NCBI RefSeq assembly: GCF_963921235.1
Contig: NC_086097.1
Location: 30,258,001-30,322,000 of the forward strand
Source of the DNA: Mobula hypostoma
Taxonomy: Eukaryota
Length of the DNA: 64,000 nt
Direction of reading: 5' to 3'
Under the pieces are notes generated by a model, which saw nothing but the letters and a program-made list of their open reading frames with translations, searched no databases and was not told the origin of the DNA. Positions 1 to 11,545 of this stretch are shown piece by piece; within the stretch, counting starts at the first letter, position 1; each line of letters begins with the position of its first letter. Made by a program: the position numbers and the translations under genes.

Positions 1-84
1 GAAAAAACACATAGAACGTAAAACAGAACATAGAACAGTATCGGCCCTCCAGCCCACAATGTTGTGCCAACCTATATAGTATGG

Positions 85-590
85 AGTTCAGTTCTGGTTG
101 CCTCATTACACGAAGGATGTGGAATCTTTAGAGAGGGTGCAGGGCAGATTTACCAGGATGCTGCCTGGATTAGAGAGGATAAAACATGAGGATGGGTTGA
201 GTGAGCTACGGCTTTTCCCTTTGGAGCAAAGGAGGATGAGAGGTGACTTGATAGAGGTATGCAAGGTGATAAGAAGCATCAATAGACTGGGCAGCCAGAG
301 ACATTTTCCCAGGGCAGTGGAAAATATTTAAGGTGATTGGATGAAAGTCTAGGTGGGGGTATGTTAGAAGTAGGTATTTTTACACAGAGAGTTGTGGGTG
401 TGAGGAACGCACTGCCAGGGGTGGTGGTGGAGGCAGATACATTAGGGACATTCAAGCGAGAGACACATGGGTAGAAGAAAAACGGAGGGCTATGTGGCAG
501 GAAAAGGTTAGATTGATCCTGCAGTAGGTTAAAAGGTCAGCACAACACTGTGGGCTGAATGGCCTGTAGAGTGCTATTCTATTATATGTA
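85..590 (+). mobile_element. CR1-type LINE, 3' fragment
   Basis: ORF 98-331 (ERVQGRFTRMLPGL...RRMRGDLIEV) is the typical CR1 ORF2 C-terminus, followed by a CR1-like 3' UTR. Confidence 0.85.
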
Positions 591-990
591 TCTTCTAACC
601 ATGTATGTACATACAACCTTTTTAATGTTATTAATATTACCTGCCTCAACCACTTCTTCTGGCAGCCTGTTCTATATAAGCACCACCTACCATGTGGAGA
701 AGTAACCCCTAGTGTCCCTTTCATATGTTCCCCTTCTCACCTTAAACCTCTGCTGTATAATATTTAGTTCTCTTTCCTGGGAAAAAGATTGTGAGTATTC
801 ACCCTCTCTACGTCCCTCGTGATTTTATACACTTCTCAGATCACCTCTCAGCCTCCTACCCTCCAAGGAGTAAAGTCCTCATCAGTGTGATTTTCCCTTA
901 ACCTAGGACATTGTGCCCTGGCAACATTCTTTGTAAATATTTGTATTCTTCCATCTTAATGACATCTTTCAAAGTGTTGGGTTGTTGCCC
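590..990 (-). mobile_element. Degraded CR1 3' fragment
   Basis: Reverse complement resembles the 3' ends of other CR1 copies in the window. Confidence 0.6.
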
Positions 991-1044
991 TGCAAGTGGG
1001 ACATCCTGGTTCACCTCTCCCACCAACTGACATGCAATAAGATT

Positions 1045-1345
1045 TAAGATTAGCTTCATTTGTCACTTAGACATCAAAATATATAGTGAAATGGGACATT
1101 TACATCATAAAAATATAAATGTACTGGAGGCAGCCCACAAGTGGTGCCAATGTAGCGTGCGCTCAACTTACCAACCCTAAGCAATACATCTTCAGAATGT
1201 GGGAGGCCAGAGGGCCCAGAGAAACCCACATGATCCTGGAGTGAATATACAGACTCTCTACAGGCAGCGGTGGTAACTTAACCCCGATCACTGATCACTG
1301 ATCACTGGCACTGTAAAGTGATTGTGCTAACCGCTATACCATCAC
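1045..1345 (-). mobile_element. tRNA-derived SINE (V-SINE-like), degraded
   Basis: Reverse strand has a tRNA-like head (ggtatagcggttagcac...tttacagtgccag) and a gggtttctctgggccctctggcctcccaca core; related copies near 18000 and 21000. Confidence 0.6.
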
Positions 1346-1348
1346 GAC

Positions 1349-1806
1349 AAAATGCTGGAGGAACTCAGCAGGCCAGGCAGCATCTATGGAAAAGAGTAAA
1401 CAGTCGACGTTTCGAGCCGAGACCCCTCATCAGGACTGGACAGGAAGGAGAGAAGTCAGAATAAGAAGGTGGGGGCGAGGGGAGGGAGACGTACAAGGTG
1501 GCAGGTGATAGGTGAAACTGAAGAGGAGGAGCAGGTGAAGTAAAGAGCTGGGAAGTCGATTGGTGGAAGAGCTAAAGGGCTGGAAAAGGGGGAATCTGAT
1601 AGGAGAGGGCAGAAATCCTTGGAAGAAAGGGAAGGGAGAGGAGCACCAGACAGAGGTGATGGGCAGATAAGAAGAGAAGATGAAGGGTCTCGGCCCAAAA
1701 TGTCGACTGTTTACTTTTTTCCATAGATGCTGCCTGGCCTGATGAGTTCCTCCAGCATATTTTGTGTGTTGCTTGGATTTCCAGTGTCTGCAGATTTTCT
1801 CGTTTG
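1349..1806. mobile_element. Penelope-like element remnant with inverted terminal arms
   Basis: About 1349-1430 and 1680-1765 are reverse complements (aaaatgctggaggaactc...gagttcctccagcat). Both arms contain a hammerhead-like core. Confidence 0.7.
1401..1438 (-). ncRNA. Minimal type I hammerhead ribozyme
   Basis: Minus strand reads CAGUC-CUGAUGA-GGGGUCUCGGCUC-GAAA-CGUC-GACUG: 5-bp helix I, both catalytic boxes, helix II and a GUC cleavage triplet. Confidence 0.75.
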
Positions 1807-2449
1807 CACTGTGCTACTGTGTCACTCTGAGTAGATGGCAACTCTCCAAAAAGAAAATAAATTTCATCTAGGATGTAATGAGGAAATCAAGCTCTCCTGC
1901 CTCAAGGAGATGACAGAAAGTATAACCAACACCTCTTGGAGCAAGGAACAGAGGATGTATTGACAGGATAAGATGGTGGAAGCAAGGTTACAGGGAGCCT
2001 AAGCCTCAGGTTGGAGAACTGGGCCAATGGCCTGTTCTGGATCGGATGTGGTCAACAATAATAATTGCTGTTGCTGGAGCAACTTAGTGTTAAGGTGGGT
2101 GATTCCTATAGAAAGAAGCCATTCAGCCCATCAAATCTTTGCCTGTTCCTCGTGGGACTATCCAATTAGTCCCAATCCCCTTCTCTTTCCCAAGAGGAAC
2201 AGAGGGTCGTCAGTGTGGAAGTTCGAAGATCATTAGAGGTAGCAGCAGAGGTAAATAACATGGTTAGGAAGGCGTACGGTATAACGTCCTTAAACACAAG
2301 AGATTCTGCAGATGATAGAAATACAGAGCAACACACAAAATGCTGGAGGAACTCAACAGTCAGGTATCACCTATGGAGGGGGAATCGGCAGTCAATTCTT
2401 CGAGCCGAAATCCTTCATCAGAATTGGAAAGGAAAGGGGAAGAAGCCAG

Positions 2450-2716
2450 TGTGGCGACCTACTTTCTAGCACACACGAACTGGCTCACGAAACAGCACGT
2501 GCAGGAAGGGTGGCCGGCCCCAAAAAGGGCGCCTGACCATCTTCACCAGCAGGGGGAAAATCCCGCACGCAGAAAGGGTCTGGGAATATGCATTCCCCAC
2601 AGCAGTCCCGCCCAGGGAGGGCGGGAACAGGAAGGCTTTAAAGCAGGCCGCGAAGTTTGAATAAACCTCTTTCATTGCAACTCTAACTCACCGACTACGT
2701 GTAGCACACCGCTACA
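2450..2716 (+). repeat. 5' LTR of Gypsy element 1
   Basis: Direct repeat of 5455-5729, TG/CA ends, AATAAA. Confidence 0.95.
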
Positions 2717-2718
2717 AT

Positions 2719-2732
2719 TGATGACCCCGACG
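2719..2732 (+). promoter_or_regulatory. Primer binding site, tRNA-Trp-like
   Basis: TGATGACCCCGACG just after the LTR; one mismatch to the tRNA-Trp PBS TGGTGACCCCGACG. Confidence 0.75.
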
Positions 2733-2756
2733 GCCCAAGTGATATTTGGACCAGAG

Positions 2757-3461
2757 ATGACCGACGCCGCATCTGTTCACGCAGTTTCGTTAAAACTGCC
2801 AAGCTATCGGCCGCTGAGACCCCGTCTGTGGTTCGAACAAGCAGAAGCACAATTCCACATTTGACAGATAACCTCGGAGTCCACTCGCTACTACTACGTG
2901 CTGAGCTCACTCGACCAGGAGACTGCTGCACAAGTTGAGGAGTTTATACAGTCGCCCCCGGAGGACGGCAAATACACAGCATTCAAAGCCCTGCTCATAA
3001 GGACTTTCGGACTCTCACGGCGCGAACGAGCACGCCGCTTAATGCACCTGGATGGTTTGGGAGACAGGCGGCCGTCAGCATTAATGAACGAAATGCTGGC
3101 CCTGGCTGAAGGGCACAAACCCTGCCTCATGTTTGAGCAGGCGTTCCTAGAGCAACTGCCCAAGGACATATGCCTGCTGCTGTCCGACGCAGATTTCAGC
3201 AACCCCCGGGAGGTGGCAACCCAAGCAGATGTGCTGTGGAATGCCAGGAAAGAGAGAGGGGCATCCGTCGCACAGATCACCAAGCCGCGTGCCCAACGAC
3301 AGACCAGACCAGGCCCGGCAGCAGAGCCTACAAAACCCAGTGACGGGAGTGAGGAGCCCAACGAACAATGGTGTTTCTACCACCAGCGGTGGGGCACAGA
3401 GGCCCGCCGCTGCAGACCACCCTGCAATTTCCCGGGAAACGCCAGGGCTAGCCGCCGCTGA
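2757..3461 (+). pseudogene. gag: Gypsy gag (disrupted N-terminus)
   Basis: MTDAASVHAVSLKLP...WFEQAEAQF start, then ORF 2898-3461 ending in a C-x2-H-x8-C-x3-C motif. Confidence 0.8.
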
Positions 3462-3805
3462 TGGCTACGGCGGCTGGCCATCAGGACAGCCTCCTGTACA
3501 TCTGGGACAAACAGTCGGGACGCCGCTTTTTGGTCGACACCGGAGCGGAGATCAGCGTCTTACCTCCAACGAGTTACGACACCCGCAACAGAGAACCGGG
3601 ACCCACCCTGAGGGCCGCAAATGGCAGCACAATACGAACCTATGGCACCCACACGGTGCGGCTACAGTTCAGCTCCCGCCGGTTCACGTGGGACTTCACA
3701 CTGGCCGCCGTGGCCCAACCACTCTTGGGGGTGAATTTTCTGCGAGCCACAGCCTGCTGGTCGACCTGCAAGGGAAGCGATTAGTCCACGCCAAGACTTT
3801 TCAAG
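3461..3805 (+). pseudogene. Gypsy aspartic protease, truncated by a deletion
   Basis: FLVDTGAEISV motif. Confidence 0.85.
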
Positions 3806-3829
3806 TAGTCCACACCAGCAGTCGGTGGA

Positions 3830-5400
3830 GTGCTGGAACAACTCATCGAGGGTCGCTGGCAACCCCTGGCGTTCTTCGGCAAACACCTACGACCACCCAA
3901 ACACAAATACAGTGCTTTCGACTGGGAGCTATTGGCACTACACCTGGCAATCCGGCATTTCAGATACTTCTTAGAAGGTAGGCCCTTCACCGCGTTCACG
4001 GACCACAAACCGCTTACCTTTGCGTTCATGAAGGTGTCCGACCCCTGGTCGTCCCGCCAGCAGCGACATCTGTCCTACATCTCCGAGTACACGACGGACA
4101 TCCGGCATGTCTCTGGAAAGGACAACGTCGTGGCGGACGCACTTTCCAGACCGACCATACAGGCCCTGTCCCAGGGGGTGGACTATGCAGCGCTGGGAGA
4201 GGCACAGCAGGCAGGCGCTGAAATCCCCAGTTACAGGACTGCAGTCTCCGGTTTGCAGCTCCAAGACCTCCCCGTAGGCCCAGGTGAGAGGACCCTACTG
4301 TGTGACGTAGCTACCGGCCAACCCCGCCCCGTCGTCCCAGCAGACTGGCGCCGGCGGGTTTTCGACTCCATTCACAACTTAATGCACCCCTCCATCAAGA
4401 CAACCATCTGGCTGGTCTCCAACAGGTTCGTGTGGCATGGACTGCGTAAACAGGTCAGTGAATGGGCCAAAACGTGCATGCAGTGCCAAACGGCCAAGGT
4501 GCAGCGGCACACCAAGGCTCCGCCGCAGCGGTTCGAACGCACCCGCCGGAGGTTCGACCACATCCATGTGGATATCATGGGGCCCCTGCCAGTGTCGCGA
4601 GGAGCGCAGTACCTCCTAACTATGGTAGACCGGTTCACCAGATGGCCAGAGGCGGTCCCGCTCAGCGACACCACCTCCGAATCCTGTGCCCGAGCACTGA
4701 TCGCAACCTGGGTAGTCTGCTTCGGGGTACCGGCCCACATTACCTCCGACAGGGGCGCCCAGTTCACCTCCAGCCTATGGTCAGCTATGGCCAACCTTCT
4801 AGGATCACAGCTACACCGCACAACTGCCTACCACCCACAGTCGAACGGACTAGTGGAGCGTTTCCACCATCACCTGAAGCCGGCTCTCATGGCCCGCCTG
4901 GAGGGGCCTAACTGGGTGGACGAACTTCCCTGGGTCCTGCTCGGAATCCGCACGGTGCCCAAGGAGGATCTGCACACCTCGTCGGCCGAGTTGGTGTACA
5001 GCGTACCCCTGGTTGTCCCAGGAGAGTTCATACCAGCCCCAAGGGGGCAAGAGGAAGAACCCACAGCAGTCCTGGACAGACTACGTGAGAGGCTCGGTAA
5101 CCTGGCCCCCATCCCCACTTCACAGCACGGACAGAGCCCGACCTGCGTACCCAAAGACCTGCAGAACTGTAAGTTTGTATTCGTATGAAGGGGCGCACAC
5201 CGGGTACCGCTACAGCGGCCCTACGAGGGGCCGTTCAAGGTGATCAGTAACAACGGGTCCACATTCGTGCTGGACATGGGGGGAGAGAGGAGGTTTTCAC
5301 GGTGGATCGACTCAAACCGGTCCATGTGGACTTGGCGCAGCCGGTCCAGGCTCAGGCACCGCGGCGCAGGGGCAGACCTCCCAAACAGAGGCCGAACCAG
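3830..5400 (+). pseudogene. Gypsy RNase H and integrase
   Basis: ELLA, TDHKPL and NVVADALSR RNase H motifs; H-H-C-C zinc motif; HIHVD/TSDRG/VERF DDE core; downstream YEGPF beyond a stop codon. Confidence 0.9.
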
Positions 5401-5454
5401 ACTGTGGACATTGAGGGAGGTATCGCCGGTTCTGGGGGGGGTGGGGGGGAGTTA

Positions 5455-5729
5455 TGTGGTGACCCACTTTCTAGCACACACGAACCGGCTCACAAAACAG
5501 CGTGCGCAGGCAGAGGGCCGGCGCCAGGCCGTCTTCACCAGCAGGGGGAAAAACCCACGCGCGGAAAGGGTCTGGGAATATGCATTCCCCACAGCAGTCC
5601 CGCCCGGGGAGGGCGGGAACGGAAAGGCTTTAAAGCAGGCCGCGAAGTTTGAATAAATCTCTTTTATCGCAACTCTAACTCACCGACTACGTGTGGTTAT
5701 TTTAGCGCTGCGTGCAACGCGCCGCTACA
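5455..5729 (+). repeat. 3' LTR of Gypsy element 1
   Basis: Direct repeat of 2450-2716, preceded by a G-rich polypurine tract. Confidence 0.95.
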
Positions 5730-6389
5730 CCAGAATAGAACGGTGGAAGGATGGGGAAGGAGTACAAGCTGGCAGGTGATTGGTGAAGCCAGGTGAGGGG
5801 AGAAGGTGGGTGGGGATAAAGGAAAAAGCTGGGAGGTGACAGGTGGAACAGGTAAAGGGCTGAAGAAGTAGCAGTTGGATAGGAGGAGAGAAAACCATGG
5901 GAGAGAGGAAGGGAAGCATTGAGGGAGCTAATAGGCAGGTGAGGAGAAAGGTTAAGAGGGAAGCCACAATGAGGAATGAGAAATGAGATGGGGGGGGGGT
6001 TAGAAATTACCAGAAGTTGGTGAAATTGATGCCCATGCCGTGAATAATTAATAATAGCCTTTGTTAGTCAGGTCACTGAGTACAAGAATAGAGAAGTTGT
6101 GCTCCAACTTTATAAACATTGGCCAGGACCCAGCTAGCGAGCTGTGTGCAGTTCTGGGCATCAGACTACAGGAAGGATGTGACCTTCCCTTCTATAGTAC
6201 TTTACTCAATGGCATTAAAAGCACCTAGAGATAAGAAAGAACAATTACTAAAAGTGGAAACAGGCAAGAATCTAATTCCGCCTTGTGCAGCAACAGACAT
6301 GGGTATATACGTACATCAGACTTTTGAATTTAATAATGTTATGGGAATTCAAATGTGTGTGGAGGCGTCTGTGGATCAGAATCACTGAC

Positions 6390-8010
6390 TTACATTGTGA
6401 AATGAGTTGTTTTGCAGCAGCAGTACAGTACATTACACAATAATACTATACATTACTGTAATAAATAGAAGGAAAGCAAAAAGAAAACAAAATTAGTGAG
6501 GTAGTCTCATGGATTCGTTGTCTATTCAGAAATCTGATGGTTGAGGGGAAGAAGCTGTTCCTAAAACCTTGAGTGTCGGTCTTCAGGCTCCTGTGCCTCC
6601 TCCCTGATGATAGTAATGAGAGGCATGGGATCCAAGGAGATCTTGCTTTCTGGATCCAGAATTGACTTGTCCACGGAAGGCAGAGGGTGGTTGTGGATGG
6701 GTCATATTCTGCATGGAGGTTGGTGACCAGTGGTGTTCTGCAGGGATCTGTTCTGGGACCCCTCCTCTTTGTGATTTTTATAAATGACCTGGATGAGGAA
6801 GTGGAAGGGTGGGTTAGTAAGTTTGCTGATGACACAAAAGTTTGGGGGTGTTGTGGATAGTGTGGAGGGCTGTCAGAGGTTACAGCGGGACACTGATAGG
6901 ATACAAAACTAGACTGAGAAGTGGCAAATGGAGTTCAACCCAGAGAAGTGTGCAGTTGTTCATTTCAGTAGGCAAATTTTAAGGCAGAATATAATATTAA
7001 TGGTAAGACTCTGGGCAGTGTGGAGGATCAGAGATCTTGGGCTCCGTGCCCATAGGACACTCAAAGCTGCTGCGCAGGTTGACAGTGTTGTTAAGAATGC
7101 GTATGGTGTGTTGGCTTCCATCAGCTGTGGGATTGAGTTCAAGAGCCATGAGGTAATGTTACAGCTATACAAGAGCTTGATGTATTGTGTTCAGTTCTGG
7201 TCACCTCACTACAAGAAGGATGTGGATGCTATAGAGAGAGTGCAGAGGAGATTTACAAGGATGTTGCCTGGATTGGGGAGCATGCCTTATGAGAATAGGT
7301 TGAGTGAACGTGGCCTTTTCTCCTTGGAGCGATGGAGGATGAGAGGTGACCTGACAGAGGTGTATAAGATGATGAGAGGCACTGATTGTGTGGATAGTCA
7401 GAGGCTTTTCCCCAGGGCTGAAATGGCTACCACAAGAGGACACAGTTTTAAGGTGCTTGGAAGTAGATACAAGGGGGATGTCAGAGGTAAGTTTTTCACG
7501 CAGAGAGTGGTGGGTGCGTGGAACGCACTGCCAGTGAAGGTGGTAGGGGCAGATACAATAAGGTCTTTTAAGAGACTCTTAGATAGGCTTAGAAAAATAG
7601 AGGGCTATGCGGTAGGGAAATTCTAGGCAGCTTCTAGAGTGGGTTATGTGGTCGGCACAACATTGTGAGCCGAAGGGCCTGTAATGTGCCGTAAATTTCT
7701 ATGTTCTACGTTGAGGGCATGTCCTGGATAGTGAGGGTCCTTAATGATTGGTGATGTCTTTTTGAGGCATCACTTTTTGAGATGTCCTTGATGGTGGGGA
7801 AGTTAGTGGCAAGATGGAGCTGTCTGAGTTAACAACTCTCCACAGTTTTTTCTGATCCCTTGCAGTGGGGCCTCCATATCAGACGGTGACGGAATGCTCT
7901 CCACGGTACTTATGTAGAAATTTGCTCGCGAGTTTGAGGGATATGCCAAATCTCCTCAAACTCCTGACAGAATGTAGTCACTGGTGTTTTATAATCTGGG
8001 GATGGCCTGT
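6390..8010 (-). mobile_element. Rex1/L2-like LINE 3' end (6390-6625 plus 7711-8010), interrupted by CR1
   Basis: LLSSGRRHRSLKT...FRNSFFPSTIR motif; the sequence resumes after the CR1 tail. Confidence 0.65.
6623..7710 (+). mobile_element. 5'-truncated CR1 LINE
   Basis: QGSVLGP and KFADD motifs, ORF 6928-7626 C-terminus, ttctatg tail. Confidence 0.9.
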
Positions 8011-8129
8011 AATCAGAGCAGGAGGGAAACCATCGGGCCCCTTTGAGCTTGCTCCACCATTCTGTAAAATCGTCAAACTTGAGCTTATTATCATCTGCAC
8101 AAATACGTTGATGCCTTGGTGCAATGAAA

Positions 8130-8670
8130 AACTTACTCGTAGCAGCATCGCAGGTACAGAGCATGAGATTCAAGATTGGTTAATGTCATTTCCTGTACCC
8201 AAGTATAAAGGAGAACAAAGTAATTGTTACTTCTGATTTGACGCAGCGCAAAAAAACACAATAAGGTAAATAACACAATAATAATAACAAAATAAATATA
8301 CAGTTAATATATAAGATAGGGGGTATACATAGATTGATTGTACGTCTATAAAGTGATACTAGGCACAGGAGTGTCTATACAATAGGTGACTGACAGGAAA
8401 TAATAAAGTCGTGGTGGTTGGGGGTGTGGTGGACTGGGTTAGTGGATGAAGGTGTTGATCAGCCTTTCTGCTCGGGAAAAGATATGTTTTTTGAGTCTGG
8501 CGGTCCTAGTGAGGGTGCCTCATACCCTGATGGGGTGGGACATACAGTCCATGACCGGGGAGGTGGGATCCTTCATGAAGTTACTGGCCTTTTTCCAGCA
8601 CCTTTCTGTATGTATGGCCTTGACAGTGGGTAGGCCGGTTCTGGTGATGCGTTGGGCAGTTCTGACAACG
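8130..8670 (-). mobile_element. Rex1-like LINE 3' fragment
   Basis: VVRTAQRIT...KKASNFMKDPT motif. Confidence 0.6.
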
Positions 8671-9299
8671 CCACACGGATTGGGTCCCAGTGGACTCGAA
8701 GCCCAGAGCGGCACCACAGCCTCAGGCTCAGTTCATCACACCTTGGAGCAAACCGTCACAGAGCTCGAAGACAGCAAGCCCGGAGCAGGCTCACAGCCTC
8801 AGCCACAGCGCCACGGAGAGCGGGGTAAACGTCACAGAGCAATGAGCAGAACCGACCCGACCCTCTCCGCCAGTCCCGACACCCGACTTTTTAATCCATC
8901 TGGCCTGGCGATTAAATCTTCCAATCACCGGTTTGTTCCCCGGGCCTGTCGCTTCGTTACACTCTGCACCCTGACCTCGCCACCACTGTCCGGCCCGTGC
9001 CCGCCCCTTCCAAATTGGCCCAGTGCTTACATCGATCCAACCTTGCTCTCGGTTTAGGTAGACGGGTTCCAAAACTCCAGCACGCCGACTTCTCTCTGCT
9101 TCACACACCCCCAACTCCGACTCGACCCTGCTCTGACCACTTCTCACGCATGCCTCGACCTCGCTCCGACGTTGCATCGCACCCAAGCGCCTCGGCCCTC
9201 GAGTCAGCCTCGCCTCTCCATTGTTTGCAGTGATCGTTTACCACAATTTTCCACAGAAAAAGTGGATGTTTTCTACTGTGCAACTGGAGAATGACATGA

Positions 9300-9990
9300 A
9301 GTAGAGATGTGCATAGTCCATCACTCTTCTCTCTCCTCAGAAGGCAGAGCTTTCTTGACTGTGTGGGATGTGTTCTGGAACCATGAGAGGCTGTGGGAGA
9401 TGTGAACTCCCAGGAGTTTGGAACTTCACAGTTTCCATTACTATGCCACTGATATAAAGGGCAGTATGACTTCTCCTGAAGTCAATAACCTTTGTCTTGT
9501 TGACACTGACAAAGAGGGTATTTGCCTGCCACCAGGCCTCGAGCTCTTCCACCTCCCTCCTCACTGCAGGCTGTAATATCGTCATTGGCGATGAGCCCCA
9601 CCACTACTGTGCTACCAGCGAAGTTGGCAGTGTGATTACTCGGGTGCTTGGCCATGCAGACATGTGTACAGCAGTGGGCTCAGCACACAGCCCTGGGGGG
9701 TACCCGTGCTGAGGATGAGGGGGAGGGAGGCACAATTATGCATCCTGACTATCCAAGGTCTGTCCATCAGGAATTCCAACACCCTGTTGCACGGTGGGGT
9801 ATTTACACTGAGGAGTAGGCGTTTGTTCGCCAAGGTCTGCAGGACAATAGTGTTGAATGCTGAGCTGAAATCCAGAAACAACATCCGGACACAAATGTCC
9901 TTGTTTTCTAGGTGTGTGCACGACAGGTGCTCTGGCATCTGTCGCAAAGTGGCTGTGTTGGTAAGCATTAGGGTGAGGGTGAGTGTCCAG
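9300..9990 (-). mobile_element. Rex1/Babar-like RT fragment
   Basis: [14 protein letters not shown] and [13 protein letters not shown] motifs. Confidence 0.8.
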
Positions 9991-9999
9991 TGTGGCAGG

Positions 10000-10420
10000 A
10001 ACGCAGTTCTTAAAGTGTACCATTCACAAGAAAAAGCATAAATTGTACAAAATTGTACAAGAAGAACACAAATAGAACAGAAAAATGTATATTGTAGTGT
10101 CAAATGGTCATAATTTTTCTATACTGAATTAGGGATTAGGGTTTTGCCAGTCGGTTTCAAGAACTAAACAGTTGAAGAGAGTAGGTGTTCCTGAACTTGG
10201 TGGTGTGGGACTTCAGGCTTCTGTACCTCCTGTCTGATGGTATCTGTGAGAAGGTGTCATGGCCTGGACGGTGGGGATCGTTGATGGTGGAGCTTGCCTT
10301 TATGAAGAGCACCTCCTGTCGATACTCTGGATGGTGGGGAGGGATGTGCCTGTATTGGTTAGAATCCTCTACGCTCTGCAGCTTCTTACATTCCCGTACA
10401 TTTCGATTGCCATATAGGTT
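10000..10420 (-). mobile_element. Rex1-like LINE 3' fragment
   Basis: KASSTINDPHRPGH...RRYRSLKSHTTKFRN motif. Confidence 0.65.
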
Positions 10421-10805
10421 GATTGGTTGACCATTGTATCCCGTGATGACAGTTAGGTCTGTGCAGTACTGTTGAGTGTTTGTAGGTGGCTGCCGAGTCC
10501 AAGTTGTGAGTGACATAGACGTCCACGATAAGGACGTAAAAACTGTGCTGGATCTGGGAGTGGAGCTGCTACTATTGCTTTCCCTCGTTGTCGGGCAGTG
10601 ATCAGTACTGCTCAGTGCCTGTCCTCCATGTTGTGAGTGATTCTAACCAAGGCTCACCAGCCACTCCAGTCTTGCACACTCTGTTCCAACCACTTTGGTA
10701 TAAACCTAGTCTTTGGAACTCTTATGGGGCCTGCCTCAATTCCCCTTGCTCAGTGAAAGCTCACCTGCTTGGGGATTCGGGCATCCTTCATGACCCTTCA
10801 TCCTT

Positions 10806-11379
10806 CAAGGGTCAGAGCCGTCTCTATTTCCTGAAGAGACTGAGGTCCTTTAACATCTGCCGGACGATGCTGAGGATGTTCTACGAGTCTGTGGTGGCCA
10901 GTGCTATCATGATTGCTGTTGTGTGCTGGGGCAGCAGGCTGAGGGTAACAGACCCCAACAGGATCAACAAACTCATTCGTAAGGCCAGTGATGTTGTGGG
11001 GATGGAACTGGACTCTCTGATGGTGGTGTCTGAAACGAGGATGCTGTCTAAGTTGCATGCCATCTTGGACAATGTCTCCCATCCACTACATAATGTACTG
11101 GTTGGGCACAGGAGTACATTCAGCCAGAAACTCATTCCACCGAGATGCAACACCGAGCATCATAGGAAGTCATTCCTGCCTGTGGCCATCAAACTTTACA
11201 ACTTTTCCCTTGGAGGGTCAGACACCCTGAGCCAATAGGCTGGTCCTGGACTTATTTCCTGGCATAATTTACATATTACTATTTAACTATTTATGGTTTT
11301 ATTACTATTTATTATTTATGGTGCAACTGTAACGAAAACCAATTTCCCCTGGGATCAATAAAGTATGACTATGACTATG
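10806..11379 (+). mobile_element. Rex1-like LINE 3' fragment nested in the RTE
   Basis: KGQSRLYFLKRLRSF...KSFLPVAIKLYN motif; AATAAA and a (tatgac)n tail. Confidence 0.85.
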
Positions 11380-11545
11380 TTTGACATGCTCTGCCCACCG
11401 AAGCTGTGCTTTTACAATCACCACCTCAACACGCGTGGTCCCTGCCCTGTCAAGGTTTGTGACTCAGTCTTCCCAATGGATGCCAAGGATCGACCTCAGA
11501 CTATGCATGGAACCCCTCCAGCATTTTGTGGTGTCTTCTGTATAC

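Larger units (their letters stand above)
2450..5729 (+). mobile_element. Ty3/Gypsy LTR retrotransposon with RT deleted
   Basis: TG...CA LTRs, CCAG TSD at 2446-2449 and 5730-5733, PBS, polypurine tract at about 5434-5450, gag-protease-RNaseH-integrase. Confidence 0.95.
2293..6040 (-). mobile_element. Penelope-like fragment (2293-2449 plus 5734-6040) split by the Gypsy insertion
   Basis: The two flanks join into a diverged copy of the 1349-1680 repeat. Confidence 0.6.

Noticed and set aside
6190..6260. Strong minus-strand splice acceptor near 6235
   Set aside because: All frames stop within a few codons and there is no supporting context
8446..9283. Overlapping ORFs in a GC-rich segment
   Set aside because: No domain motifs; likely a repeat-derived low-stop sequence fused to antisense LINE
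10430..10645. Ser/Thr-rich mucin-like exon on the minus strand
   Set aside because: Another frame gives the RTE C-terminus, so it is part of the fragmented LINE
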